From Candidatus Azambacteria bacterium (GTDB lineage Bacteria > Patescibacteriota > Minisyncoccia > GWC2-36-17 > WO2-46-25): DNA of 55,976 nucleotides. Under the pieces are notes generated by a model. That model saw only the letters and a list, made by a program, of their open reading frames with translations. It ran no database searches and had not been told where the DNA came from. The first letter of the stretch is position 1; every line of letters begins with the position of its first letter. This document shows positions 1-9,154 of the stretch, in pieces. Where the stretch lies: NCBI GenBank assembly GCA_016234725.1, contig JACRAK010000029.1, forward strand, positions 1 through 55,976, given 5' to 3'. The position numbers were made by a program, and so were the translations under genes.

Positions 1-372
1 AAGAAGCTCTTGCAAGATATCATCAGGTACAGGAACGGCGGCGCGTACGGGGCTTATGCCCGGATAGCGCCACGCGGTGATGACGCGCAACTTCGGCTTG
101 CCTGTTTTTGTTTTCACTTTCAGCGGCTGATACATCACCCATACCTCTTTTTTGTGCTTTCCCCCGGTCTGCTGCATCACCGCAATGGTATTTGGCGCAA
201 CGCCTTCTTCGCTGCGTTCTGGCGAATTGATGACGCGCCGTACAAGCCCTTCGGAGATACCGTAATACATCATTTTCTGGACGATATGCATCGTCCAACT
301 CAGCTTTTCGTCGTCTTTGGGGGCTTTAAAACGACCAAACCCTCCGGAGGGAGGGTTTGGGGATCTTCTCAT
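1..372 (-). CDS. Conserved hypothetical protein, partial (runs off the window start); possible DUF4258/BrnT-like fold
   Basis: Read manually, not in the ORF track: ATG at 372, MRRSPNPPSGGFGRFKAPKDDEKLSWTMHIVQKMMYYGISEGLVRRVINSPERSEEGVAPNTIAVMQ...EVWVMY...RVITAWRYPGISP, open to base 1. It follows dsbA closely. Confidence 0.7.
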   Translation of the reverse strand, partial: MRRSPNPPSGGFGRFKAPKDDEKLSWTMHIVQKMMYYGISEGLVRRVINSPERSEEGVAPNTIAVMQQTGGKHKKEVWVMYQPLKVKTKTGKPKLRVITAWRYPGISPVRAAVPVPDDILQELL

Positions 373-376
373 TTTA

Positions 377-1180
377 TTAGAGCGCAGCATCAATGATTCT
401 TTTGACATCAAGGGGTTGGCGGGCATCTTCGAATGGCAATGCACCCGGGATCACTGATTTTTCGCCGCTTGCCGATATCACGACGCTGTAGGGCGTTCCG
501 CGCGCGCCCGCCGCGACCGCTTCTTGTATTTCAGCTTCTATTTTCGATGCATATTTGCCGCTCTCAAGGCATTGCGTGAACTTCGCCGCATCAAGTCCGA
601 CATATTTTGCGATCTTCGGGAGCTCTGCCAGATCAAGCCCGTTGTTCGACGGCGTCACCTCAATGAGCCGATTCGTATATGCCCAGAACTTGTCATTGCC
701 GCCAAGCTCGCCCGCGCATTCGGTCGCTTCCGCTTCTTTGCGTGCTTTGCTGTGCAGTTGATCGATCGGGAAATGGCGGTACACCCATGCCACCTGCCCG
801 CTATATGCCGCAACAGTCTGCTGCATGGTCACATGGAACCGCTTGCAGAACGGACATTCGAGATCAGAAAATTCTACCACTTTCACCGGCGCGTTTATAT
901 CACCGAAAATATGATCGGCCGCGGAAACCGCTTTGATGGTGATCGCTGCGGGCGCTTGTTGCCCCGGAGCGGTTGTAGGCTCGGTAAGTCCCGCTTTTTT
1001 CCCAAGATCGGGTGCCGCCGCTCTTCGCTCGGCCAAACCGCCGTAAAAAATAGCGAGCGCTACGATGATACCGGCCGCGATGATCGCTACAGGAACAGAC
1101 CATGCGTTCGCTTTTTGCGGTAATGATCCTCTCCCCGCTTCGGGAGGAACCGGTGCGGTCTGCTGTGTCTCGTTGTCCAT
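377..1180 (-). CDS. dsbA: DsbA/BdbD-family thiol-disulfide oxidoreductase, membrane anchored
   Basis: N-terminal TM helix; EFSDLECPFC (CxxC); RHFP; GTP cis-Pro motif. Confidence 0.9.
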   Translation of the reverse strand: MDNETQQTAPVPPEAGRGSLPQKANAWSVPVAIIAAGIIVALAIFYGGLAERRAAAPDLGKKAGLTEPTTAPGQQAPAAITIKAVSAADHIFGDINAPVKVVEFSDLECPFCKRFHVTMQQTVAAYSGQVAWVYRHFPIDQLHSKARKEAEATECAGELGGNDKFWAYTNRLIEVTPSNNGLDLAELPKIAKYVGLDAAKFTQCLESGKYASKIEAEIQEAVAAGARGTPYSVVISASGEKSVIPGALPFEDARQPLDVKRIIDAAL

Positions 1181-1204
1181 GTGTCTGCTTATGTTAATGA
1201 ATAA

Positions 1205-2467
1205 TTAATTCGTGAAAGCGGCATACGCGCTCACCAGCCCGTACCCGTAGATATCATCTTGCCCCCCGGTGCCAAGATCGGTGGCGGTCGCCTCAAGTTT
1301 CGCTTGCACTTCTTTCGGGTCCCATGCGCCATTGCAATTGACGTCAAACTCGCTCACACAGCTATTGTCGAGTTCGTCGAATGCGGTATCGGTCGCGCGC
1401 TTGAGCACAAACGCTGCGGCAGCCGCAACATGCGGCGATGCCATCGAGGTACCCGAAAGCGTCGCGTACTTCGTTCCTTTATATGTCGAATAAATGCTCA
1501 CGCCGGGCGCCGCGAGATCAACTTCCGGGCCGCGCGAGGACCAGTACGGCGCGCTGTTTGAGAAATCGGTCGCCGCGACCGCGATCGCTTCCGGGTATGC
1601 CGCGGGATATATGACACTGCCGCCGCTGTTGCCCGCCGCCGCAACCACCACCACGCCTGCATTCTGCGCGCGGATGACCGCATCATGCAGTGATCGCACG
1701 TCCGTGGTCGTTCCTAGGCTAAGATTGATCACCTGCATGCCGTTTGCTGTAGCCCAATCAATACCATCGATCACATCGGAAAGATATCCGGAACCGTTCC
1801 TGTCAAGCACCTTGATCGCATACAGGTTCGCCGCAGGAACGCCGCCCACAACGCCGATCGTATTGTTGAGCGCCGCAACAACTCCCGCAACATGCGAGCC
1901 ATGCCCATTGTCGTCGTTCCAGTTAGAGGTATATGCCACTTCGCTCACGCCGCCTTTGATATTACCTAAAAGATCGGGATGCGTCGTGCTGATGCCGGTA
2001 TCGATGATGCCGATATTGATGCCGCCCCCCGTTTCACCGAGCGTCCATACGCGATCCGCATTGATGCGATAAACGCCCCACGGAAGCATCTGCACGGGCT
2101 GCGTGGCGGCGGGCTTCGCTTTTTTGTCTGTCGCATCCGCGGCGCCTTCAAGCGCCTCCACCACCACATCGTCTTCCACGCGCACCACTTTTGCATTTTT
2201 GAGTAATTTCGTTTCTGATGTGTTGTCCACATACGCGACCAATGCGTCGCCGTGCCGCAGCTTATGCACTTTCACACTGCGCGCCGCGCTGAGTATCCTC
2301 CCCTTCTCAACATCGGAAACTCCGTCTTTAAATACGACTATCTTCCGCTGAGGCAGATTTATTTCCTCTGATTCCGCAAACACAAAGCCAAAAAATCCGG
2401 AAACCACGATTGCGACCAAAAAAACGCTCACAAAACGAAAATAAGGCCTTTTCATATGGTCATTCAT
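1205..2467 (-). CDS. S8 family (subtilisin-like) serine peptidase with signal peptide and I9-like propeptide
   Basis: Catalytic motifs IIDTGI, HGSHVAG and GTSMASPH; oxyanion AAAGN. Confidence 0.93.
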   Translation of the reverse strand: MNDHMKRPYFRFVSVFLVAIVVSGFFGFVFAESEEINLPQRKIVVFKDGVSDVEKGRILSAARSVKVHKLRHGDALVAYVDNTSETKLLKNAKVVRVEDDVVVEALEGAADATDKKAKPAATQPVQMLPWGVYRINADRVWTLGETGGGINIGIIDTGISTTHPDLLGNIKGGVSEVAYTSNWNDDNGHGSHVAGVVAALNNTIGVVGGVPAANLYAIKVLDRNGSGYLSDVIDGIDWATANGMQVINLSLGTTTDVRSLHDAVIRAQNAGVVVVAAAGNSGGSVIYPAAYPEAIAVAATDFSNSAPYWSSRGPEVDLAAPGVSIYSTYKGTKYATLSGTSMASPHVAAAAAFVLKRATDTAFDELDNSCVSEFDVNCNGAWDPKEVQAKLEATATDLGTGGQDDIYGYGLVSAYAAFTN

Positions 2468-2487
2468 TAAAAACTAAATGTCACTAT

Positions 2488-2516
2488 ATAGTACGCCTAA
2501 TGGCAAAAAGCGTCAA
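2488..2516 (-). promoter_or_regulatory. Sigma70-type promoter of the S8 peptidase
   Basis: TTGACG-17 nt-TACTAT on the minus strand. Confidence 0.55.
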
Positions 2517-2545
2517 TCGAATTATCCCCCTCAACATGGGGTTTA

Positions 2546-2676
2546 CCCCGTATATCAACTTTGACAATAAAAAGTGCTTTCTTAGATTGGTACGCCTTAC
2601 AGCTGTAAAACAGTCATTCAAAGAATCACTCGCTGGCTTTGCTGACGCAAAGCCGGTCGAAGTTGTATTACGGGGC
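2546..2676. repeat. Palindromic element family E, copy 1
   Basis: Ends accccgtatatcaactt / aagttgtattacggggc are identical to those of 39640-39775; small internal hairpin ggctttgc-tgac-gcaaagcc. Confidence 0.8.
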
Positions 2677-2913
2677 TTATTTTATCCCCAGAAGCGCTTC
2701 TAATCGCGCCCGATCAAAGCCGATCACGATCTCCCCGCCTACGTCGATCACCGGCACGCCCATCTGGCCTGATTTTTCGATCATTGTTTCCTGCGCGGGA
2801 ATGTCAACAGTGACATCCTTTTCTTCGTACGCGATATTGTGCTCTTTAAAATAGTCCTTCGCCATGTGGCAATACGTACACGTCGGAGTTGTATAGATAG
2901 TAACGTTTGGCAT
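2677..2913 (-). CDS. Glutaredoxin-like protein (NrdH-redoxin/YruB type)
   Basis: YTTPTCTYCH (CxxC), GVPVI and GFD; start taken at MPNVTIY. Confidence 0.88.
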   Translation of the reverse strand: MPNVTIYTTPTCTYCHMAKDYFKEHNIAYEEKDVTVDIPAQETMIEKSGQMGVPVIDVGGEIVIGFDRARLEALLGIK

Positions 2914-3056
2914 AAAAAAATAATTAAGAATGACCCCTCTATCATACATGAGCCGCGGCACGGAAGTCAAAGTTGCCTTCTTGCCACCACGATACCGGCA
3001 ATGATAAAATAGGCATCAGAAGGTCGATTCTTTACACAGTTCTAATATATTTTTAT

Positions 3057-3527
3057 ATGACACAAAAATTCATCAGTGCATCGTTATTTGTCGCATTGTT
3101 TACGCTCGCGGCATTCCCCGTGCTTGCAACGGAAAATGCGACTTCTACAAACGCAACATCCACGCAAGAAAAAGTAAGGCCTGTGGCGCTTTCTTCGCTT
3201 GACGTCGCGTGTATGAAAAATGCGGTTGAAAAACGCGACACCGCGATCATTGCGGCGTTTGACACATTCCATGATTCCGCAAAAACGGCGCTCACTGCGC
3301 GCAAGACCGCGCTTCTTGCGGCGTGGGATATCGCCGACCGCACCGCGCGGCGTGCGGCGCTCAAAAGCGCATGGAGAACGTACGGAGAAGCGATCGCAAG
3401 CGCCCGAAAGACATTTCGCGATGCGCGACTCGCGGCGTGGAAACAGTTCCTCACCGACCGCAAAGCATGCGGCAAAGCGGTCATTTCCGATGACAAAGCA
3501 GAAAGCGGGGTAGACGCGAAACTCTAG
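3057..3527 (+). CDS. Secreted helical hypothetical protein
   Basis: Signal peptide MTQKFISASLFVALFTLAAFPVLA; Ala/Arg/Lys-rich helices bracketed by two Cys; followed by a terminator. Confidence 0.75.
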   Translation: MTQKFISASLFVALFTLAAFPVLATENATSTNATSTQEKVRPVALSSLDVACMKNAVEKRDTAIIAAFDTFHDSAKTALTARKTALLAAWDIADRTARRAALKSAWRTYGEAIASARKTFRDARLAAWKQFLTDRKACGKAVISDDKAESGVDAKL

Positions 3528-3543
3528 CGCTTCCCTGCTGTTT

Positions 3544-3584
3544 AATAAACAAACCGCCGCATCACATGCGGCGGTTTGTTTATT
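3544..3584. terminator. Bidirectional intrinsic terminator
   Basis: aataaacaaaccgccgcat-cac-atgcggcggtttgtttatt between convergent genes. Confidence 0.75.
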
Positions 3585-3592
3585 GAAAACAA

Positions 3593-3851
3593 CTGTAAAT
3601 TACGAAATGTCAGATTCGAGGCGCGCCGAGCCGCGACTCCGCTGTCGCTCCGCTGGACTGCTGTTTGTTAGCCAATCACTTCTTACGACTCGGCCTTCGG
3701 CCTCCCTGCACTGCGTTTTGTGGCTTCGCTACGCTTCAGACAAAACGGGAGCTTGGACAAACAGGGAGCACCGTCACCGAAGCTGTACCGTAAGTACAGC
3801 GAGGCGAGACGCGGAGGCGGAACGAAGAAGATGGCGTTTCGTAATTTACAG
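3593..3851. mobile_element. MITE-like palindromic element (family A) containing two nested family B copies
   Basis: Terminal inverted repeats ctgtaaattacgaaatgtca / tggcgtttcgtaatttacag (18/20); family B at 3632-3769 with another B-like copy at 3684-3752. Confidence 0.75.
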
Positions 3852-3855
3852 GAAT

Positions 3856-4266
3856 TTATTCCTCCACCGTCCACGCAACACCATGCTTTTCATGCATGGT
3901 CGCGCGCACCTTTCCCACCACGTCTTTCATGTCCCAGTCGGACTTCACGAGATATTGATAATTCCCCGTTCCGATCTCTTCTGCAACCTGCTCTGCATTG
4001 CTTAGATTGGTAAGAAAAATAACGGGGATATTCGCGGTATCCTGATTCTCCTGCAATTTCTTAAATACCGTCACGCCATCCATCTTCGGCATAACAATAT
4101 CGAGCAGAATGACCGAAGGGATCTTCTCCTGCGCCAGCTTCAACCCTTCTTCGCCGTTGCGCGCCACAAGCGCGTGGAATCCTTCGCGCGTGAATTTATC
4201 CTTCAGCGCTTCCGACAACGACGGCTCGTCTTCCACGATAAGGACAGTATGCGATGTCTGTGTCAT
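3856..4266 (-). CDS. Single-domain response regulator (receiver only)
   Basis: LIVEDE, LLDIVMPKMDG (phospho-Asp), FLTN and conserved Lys. Confidence 0.92.
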   Translation of the reverse strand: MTQTSHTVLIVEDEPSLSEALKDKFTREGFHALVARNGEEGLKLAQEKIPSVILLDIVMPKMDGVTVFKKLQENQDTANIPVIFLTNLSNAEQVAEEIGTGNYQYLVKSDWDMKDVVGKVRATMHEKHGVAWTVEE

Positions 4267-4328
4267 AATATTTATTACGTATTATAGGTGTTCTGTCAGT
4301 ATACACCACCGTCGCATTACGGGGCAAG

Positions 4329-4434
4329 CCACGTCACAATCTTAATCGTGGCATTTTATCTCGATGGCGCGAGCCGTAAGGCGGCTTCGCCTTTGCGCTC
4401 TTTGAAAAACAAATCATCGATGAGATTGTTACGG
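4329..4434. repeat. Palindromic element family D, copy 1
   Basis: Core gagccgtaaggcggcttcgcctt shared with the 50401 and 54409 copies; 13-bp direct repeat ttacggggcaagc at 4317-4329 and 4429-4441. Confidence 0.75.
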
Positions 4435-6753
4435 GGCAAGCTGCCGCGTGCCTACCTTCTTTTGCATCCCTTCAAGCGGTAAAACAACGTAAAACGTCGA
4501 CCCCTTCCCTTCTTCCGACTCAAACCAGATGCTCCCATGCACGTGCTCAACGATCGATTTCACGAGATACAGCCCGAGCCCCGTTCCCTCCGGATCGCGT
4601 TCGCGCACGTTGTCGGCGCGGAACATTTTCGTGAACACCTTATCCTGCTGCTCTTTGGGAATGCCATATCCGGTATCTGCGACCATGATCAGCAGCGTCT
4701 CCCGGATCATTTTCCTTCCGTTCACCGCCTGCCCTTTTTTAACCGCTTCAACGGTAAGCGCTATATTCCCCTTCTCCGGCGTGTATTTTACCGCATTCGA
4801 GATCAGATTCTGGAAAATGATGCGCATGAGCTTTGGGTCAGCCATCATCTGCGGGATGTCTTTTGCGTACGATTCTTTTACAACGATCTTTTTCTTTTTG
4901 ATCGTTTGCTTCATATCCGTCAGCACCGCCTTCACCGTGGTCGTCACATGCATAGGTACCGGCTCCACCATGAACGTGCCCATTTCAAAGCGAGACACAT
5001 TCAGAAGCGCGTCCACAAGCTCCACCATGCGTTTGTTGCCCCGATAGATCTCTTCCAAATATTTTTTCTGCTCTTTAGTGATCTTTCCCGCATCCCCGTC
5101 AAGCAACATCTCGCTGTACCAGTTGATGCTTGAAAGCGGTGTGCGCAATTGATGCGACGCGAGCGACACGAATTCGGTCTTCGCGCGGTCGATCTCCTTT
5201 TCTTTCGTCACGTCGTCAAACACCACCGCAATGAACCGGAGCGCTCCCGCATCATCCCGCACCGGCACCGCCGCCATGCGAAGCGCGATCACCCTCCCGC
5301 TCAGTTCTTCTATATACAAGTCATTCTTTGTCACCGCATGCCCAGACTGCAATACGACATTCACGGGAAGTTCCTCGAAAGGATACTGCTCGCCGCTTTC
5401 TTTTTTTATTCGCTCCCACCGTTGCGGATCGTTCTCAAAATCATTCCCCAGCAGCGCGGCGGCGCGCCCGTTTAACGCTATGATCTCCCCTCGCGGCGCG
5501 CGCATCATGAGCACGCCCAGCGGCAGATTTTCAAGCAGCACGGCGAGCTTCTTTTTTTCTTCTTCCATCCATCGCTGGCGCTCTTCAAGCGATGCCGTCA
5601 TCGCATTGAACGCATGCCCGAGATCTTCGATCTCGTCGCCCGTCCGCGCGACCGTTGCGCGATGGCGCAAATTACCCGCCCGCGCTATTTCCGCGCTTTC
5701 CCGCAGTGCTTTGATGGGTTTCGTGAATATCCGAGATATGAAAAATGAGAGAATGCCGATGAGCGCGGCGAGTACGGCGACAGTGCCATAAAAGCGCGTT
5801 TGCGCCTCTTGCACCGGCAAAAACGCTTCATGCTTATCGATGTCCACGACAAGTACCATCCCTCTCCCTACCAAACACATCGAAGCGCCGAGCACCGTCG
5901 CGCCAGAATGATCCACGTATTCGCCAAGGACCTCTTTTCCGTTCTCCAAGCATTCCCGCACCGGCAGTGTATTTACGCTCACATCATGCGCGGGGTCTAT
6001 CTCTTTCCTGACCGGATGCAAGATAACGCTTCTTTCGCGATCAACGATATACACATGAAGCGTTTTCGTATTCCCGCCAACGAGCGACTCCAGATCCGCA
6101 TTCTCTCTGGTGATGAAATTCGCCGAAAGAATAATTTCCAGCTTATGGGGGTCAAATACATTCACGATGATGCCCAGAAATTCATGGGTGTCTTTATCGG
6201 TGATCGGCACCGCGACCACGAAAGGAGAGATGATGCCAAAGTGAACGTCTCCCAGGGCGGTGCGCACCAGCACCGCCGCCGCTTGTCCTTCTCTGAAATA
6301 CACATCATTGGATTCGTTCTTGCCGATCTCTTTCTCATCGGTTGATGCGATAATAATGCCGTCTTTATTCAGTATCGAGATGCCGGCGAGCTTTTCATCA
6401 AGCGGCTTCTTGTTCACCGAAAGATGCCTGCTGAGCGCTTCTTGGCTCGCCGCAGAACCGGTAGCAATGAGCCGCTTCGTTTCGTCGCGTATATACCCGT
6501 CCGAAGAAAAATCAACTGTCCGCGAAGTGATGTTGTTGAAATATTCAAGCACGCGCACTTCTTTCGACTCCGCCAACAACACGAGTGTATTGAAGAGCTC
6601 TTTTTTCATGATCTCTTGTTCATTGCGTATATAGAGAACACCGAATACCGCCATCGGGAGTAGGCCCGCAAAAAACAAAAAGAATGCGAGCTTCGTGCCG
6701 ATCTTCACGCGAAAATAAGAACGGGATGTTTTTTCCTTTTCTTCGTTCTGCAT
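4429..6753 (-). CDS. Membrane sensor histidine kinase (extracytoplasmic Cache-like, HAMP, PAS, HisKA, HATPase)
   Basis: Two TM helices; HAMP (GDEIEDLGHAFNAM); H-box SHQLRTPL; N-box QNLISNAVKYT; DTGYGI; GTGLGL. Confidence 0.93.
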   Translation of the reverse strand: MQNEEKEKTSRSYFRVKIGTKLAFFLFFAGLLPMAVFGVLYIRNEQEIMKKELFNTLVLLAESKEVRVLEYFNNITSRTVDFSSDGYIRDETKRLIATGSAASQEALSRHLSVNKKPLDEKLAGISILNKDGIIIASTDEKEIGKNESNDVYFREGQAAAVLVRTALGDVHFGIISPFVVAVPITDKDTHEFLGIIVNVFDPHKLEIILSANFITRENADLESLVGGNTKTLHVYIVDRERSVILHPVRKEIDPAHDVSVNTLPVRECLENGKEVLGEYVDHSGATVLGASMCLVGRGMVLVVDIDKHEAFLPVQEAQTRFYGTVAVLAALIGILSFFISRIFTKPIKALRESAEIARAGNLRHRATVARTGDEIEDLGHAFNAMTASLEERQRWMEEEKKKLAVLLENLPLGVLMMRAPRGEIIALNGRAAALLGNDFENDPQRWERIKKESGEQYPFEELPVNVVLQSGHAVTKNDLYIEELSGRVIALRMAAVPVRDDAGALRFIAVVFDDVTKEKEIDRAKTEFVSLASHQLRTPLSSINWYSEMLLDGDAGKITKEQKKYLEEIYRGNKRMVELVDALLNVSRFEMGTFMVEPVPMHVTTTVKAVLTDMKQTIKKKKIVVKESYAKDIPQMMADPKLMRIIFQNLISNAVKYTPEKGNIALTVEAVKKGQAVNGRKMIRETLLIMVADTGYGIPKEQQDKVFTKMFRADNVRERDPEGTGLGLYLVKSIVEHVHGSIWFESEEGKGSTFYVVLPLEGMQKKVGTRQLAP

Positions 6754-6758
6754 GTATA

Positions 6759-7064
6759 TTATCTGTTTTCCGACGTCCTCACCTTGTTCGCGCGCCGGAT
6801 GAGAAAAATAAAAGCGGCATATGCGATAACATACAGCACATATTCCGCCATTTCAGGGATCTCCCCCATTGTGTCTTCCAGCTTAAATAGTTCATACACC
6901 ATATGCCACGCGCGGGCAATGACTAAAATCGTCAGCGTCCACACTACCGCCGCAGTTGCACTATACGTCAGCCCTTTTTGCATTGCGCCTCGCGCCGCGA
7001 ATACCGACAATACGGCAAGAACGACTGTCAGACCGGAAAGAGTAAAATACAAAATTTCTTCCAT
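6759..7064 (-). CDS. Small membrane protein (3 TM), probably co-transcribed with the kinase
   Basis: Three hydrophobic segments; ends 5 nt before the kinase start. Confidence 0.75.
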   Translation of the reverse strand: MEEILYFTLSGLTVVLAVLSVFAARGAMQKGLTYSATAAVVWTLTILVIARAWHMVYELFKLEDTMGEIPEMAEYVLYVIAYAAFIFLIRRANKVRTSENR

Positions 7065-7111
7065 ACTTGTTATTTAATGATATGGCTATATCGTACCACA
7101 TATCGATCAAA

Positions 7112-7147
7112 GCAAAAACAACCCTCACACGTGAGAGTTGTTTTTGC
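7112..7147. terminator. Intrinsic terminator
   Basis: gcaaaaacaaccctcac-ac-gtgagagttgtttttgc stem with T tails. Confidence 0.6.
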
Positions 7148-7166
7148 CGTATGTTTTTTTGAAATC

Positions 7167-7500
7167 CTATCTTTTATTTTTCTTCGCCCCTGCTTTCTTT
7201 GCCGGTTTTTTAGCCGCAGTATTCTTTGTCGCTTCCTTTTTCACGGGCTCTTTCTCGATCACCGTTTCTTTTTGTTGCGCGAACTTCATCCGAACAAGCG
7301 TATCCACCGTTTGGATAAGCCGCTCAACTTTGCATTGACCGACTCTAACTGCCTCTTTATATCGTCGCTTCCTTTATTGCTTTCAAAACTGGTTTTTGCG
7401 GGCGCCCCCCCGCTCTTCCCGCCGCCATCATCCCCGCCGGACCCCCGCCGATAACAATGACATCCCATACGGTTTCGGTTTTCTGTTTTTCACTAGCCAA
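7167..7500 (-). pseudogene. Chimeric remnant: N-terminus of an HI0933/YhiN-type flavoprotein joined to a frameshifted Lys-rich C-terminus of another protein
   Basis: TTG at 7500 gives MASEKQKTETVWDVIVIGGGPAGMMAAGRA (FAD dinucleotide motif) then an early stop. Downstream frames give DDIKRQLESVNAKL / ERLIQTVDTLVRMKF...KKPAKKAGAKKNKR*. Confidence 0.65.
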
Positions 7501-8149
7501 GATGGGCATGGTCGTTATATATCCAAAGGCGCCAAGACGGTTCTTCCTCTGGTGCGCCTTTATATCGCAAGACGGTCAAGCCCGTATTTTCCATTGAGGT
7601 CGCTTTCTGAAATCTTTTAAAGGCCTCTTCCGAAAGAAGATCGCCAAACAACACTCGCGCGACTATAGTGCGCAAAAGATATCCATGGGTCACGACCACA
7701 AGCGACTCCTCTGAACGATTTTTAAGATACGCGAGGGCTTTGTCTGCGCGCGCCATGAGATCGTCAAAGTTTTCTCCGTCTTCTACGCGCAGGCCTGATG
7801 TATACAAACTCCTCTGCCATTCTTTCCACGTTATGCTCGCTCTCTCATCCTCGTGCGACTTGCCGTTTATGCTTGTTGGCTTGATCCGTTCCACAAAAAG
7901 CTCCGAATACTCTACCTGCTTGCCGGTTGCTTTTGCGATAATTTCAGAGGTCTCCTTTGCTCGCTGAAAATGACTCGCGATAAGCACCTCAAATGAAAGA
8001 TGAGAAACCCGTTTTGCAATGCTCTCGGCCTGCATTTTCCCTTTCTCGCTTAGTGGAGAATCAGGGGCCTGATGCACGGGCGCCGCATTATCTTCGCTTT
8101 GCCCATGGCGCACAAAATATATGGTTTTTTCTATCTTTGGATCGGACAT
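7493..8149 (-). CDS. Histidine phosphatase (phosphoglycerate mutase family)
   Basis: FVRHGQS motif, VVVTHG and C-terminal YNDHAHL; start at MSDPKIEK. Confidence 0.9.
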   Translation of the reverse strand: MSDPKIEKTIYFVRHGQSEDNAAPVHQAPDSPLSEKGKMQAESIAKRVSHLSFEVLIASHFQRAKETSEIIAKATGKQVEYSELFVERIKPTSINGKSHEDERASITWKEWQRSLYTSGLRVEDGENFDDLMARADKALAYLKNRSEESLVVVTHGYLLRTIVARVLFGDLLSEEAFKRFQKATSMENTGLTVLRYKGAPEEEPSWRLWIYNDHAHLG

Positions 8150-8198
8150 GATTTTATTGATGCTCCTCTCTAACTCACCTTTCCAAAACTCAACCATA

Positions 8199-8242
8199 CC
8201 ACAAAAAACACCCTTCATTCTAGAGAAGGGTGTTTTTTGTGG
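8199..8242 (-). terminator. Terminator downstream of tRNA-Gln
   Basis: ccacaaaaaacacccttc ... gaagggtgttttttgtgg perfect stem. Confidence 0.65.
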
Positions 8243-8248
8243 ACAGTG

Positions 8249-8319
8249 TTGCCGGGCTTGGATTCGAACCAAGATTGATGGATTCAGAGTCCATATGCCT
8301 ACCGTTAGCAGACCCGGCA
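8249..8319 (-). tRNA. tRNA-Gln(CTG), CCA not encoded
   Basis: Cloverleaf TGCCGGG...CCCGGCA-A; anticodon loop CT-CTG-AA; GTTCGAATC T-loop. Confidence 0.95.
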
Positions 8320-8327
8320 GAAGATAG

Positions 8328-9047
8328 TTATTTATATGTACCGTATTTTCTAAATCGAATCAACTCCCGAAATGCATACACTTCTTTTTTTGCAGATAAT
8401 TGGATCTTAAAACCACTTCTATTCGGATGAAAACCAAGCATGCGAAGCCCCCTGTCTACATCACTTAACAATATCGGATTTTTGTTTGAAAACAACATTT
8501 TATATGTTCCCGTCGGCTTATGAACACAAAAACTCCCCTCCGCTTCATACAACCCGCGCAAACAGCGTATCAGCAATTTTTTATTTCGCCAAACCCACAA
8601 AGGAACACCGACCGTACTGTTTTTTCTGTTTCCCGTTGGAACGCCCAGTCGCCTGCTAATGTGTTTTTCATAAATACTAATGCGGATGCACTGTGCGGTT
8701 TTTACTTTCATGCATCGGGGCTCTTTTTTAAAAATTTTTCTCACGATCATGGTATATCGCAAAACGAACCCTGTATTATTGGCATTCGCCGCGATAATAA
8801 GACGCTCCGTTCTGGGAAACGCTTGAATATGCCCGTCGCCGAGAACAACACCGATGAGCTCCGCTAAATAGCCTGTCTTTGGAAAGGAACCATACTTGCT
8901 TTTTATCTTCCCTCTCCTTCTCATTTCTTTCCGCCATTTTGAAAAATTATCAATGTGCTTCGCGCGCATTGTTTCCGAGATTTTTTTGACAGATGGATGA
9001 GTATCTTTCGTAAACCCTCTGCTCCACCCCTTTTTTGCATTATCCAT
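8328..9047 (-). CDS. Free-standing double-motif LAGLIDADG homing endonuclease-like protein
   Basis: Two helices, LAELIGVVLGDG and CLRGLYEAEG; very basic; AT-richer than its neighbours; probable start MDNAKKG. Confidence 0.8.
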   Translation of the reverse strand: MDNAKKGWSRGFTKDTHPSVKKISETMRAKHIDNFSKWRKEMRRRGKIKSKYGSFPKTGYLAELIGVVLGDGHIQAFPRTERLIIAANANNTGFVLRYTMIVRKIFKKEPRCMKVKTAQCIRISIYEKHISRRLGVPTGNRKNSTVGVPLWVWRNKKLLIRCLRGLYEAEGSFCVHKPTGTYKMLFSNKNPILLSDVDRGLRMLGFHPNRSGFKIQLSAKKEVYAFRELIRFRKYGTYK

Positions 9048-9154
9048 GCTTCCAGCATAGCATACATGCAAAAATTTTCCTACCATTAGACGATAATGCG
9101 GTCAAAAAATAATGCGTGCTTTTGAAAAAGCACGCGCAGTATAGCCCAACGCCG

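Noticed and set aside
3583-4013. ORFs 3583-4005, 3683-3874 and 3720-4013
   Set aside because: They are translations of nested palindromic repeats and of the antisense strand of the response regulator.
8249-9047. LAGLIDADG ORF as part of a tRNA intron
   Set aside because: tRNA-Gln is complete and uninterrupted, and no upstream exon or intron core was seen.
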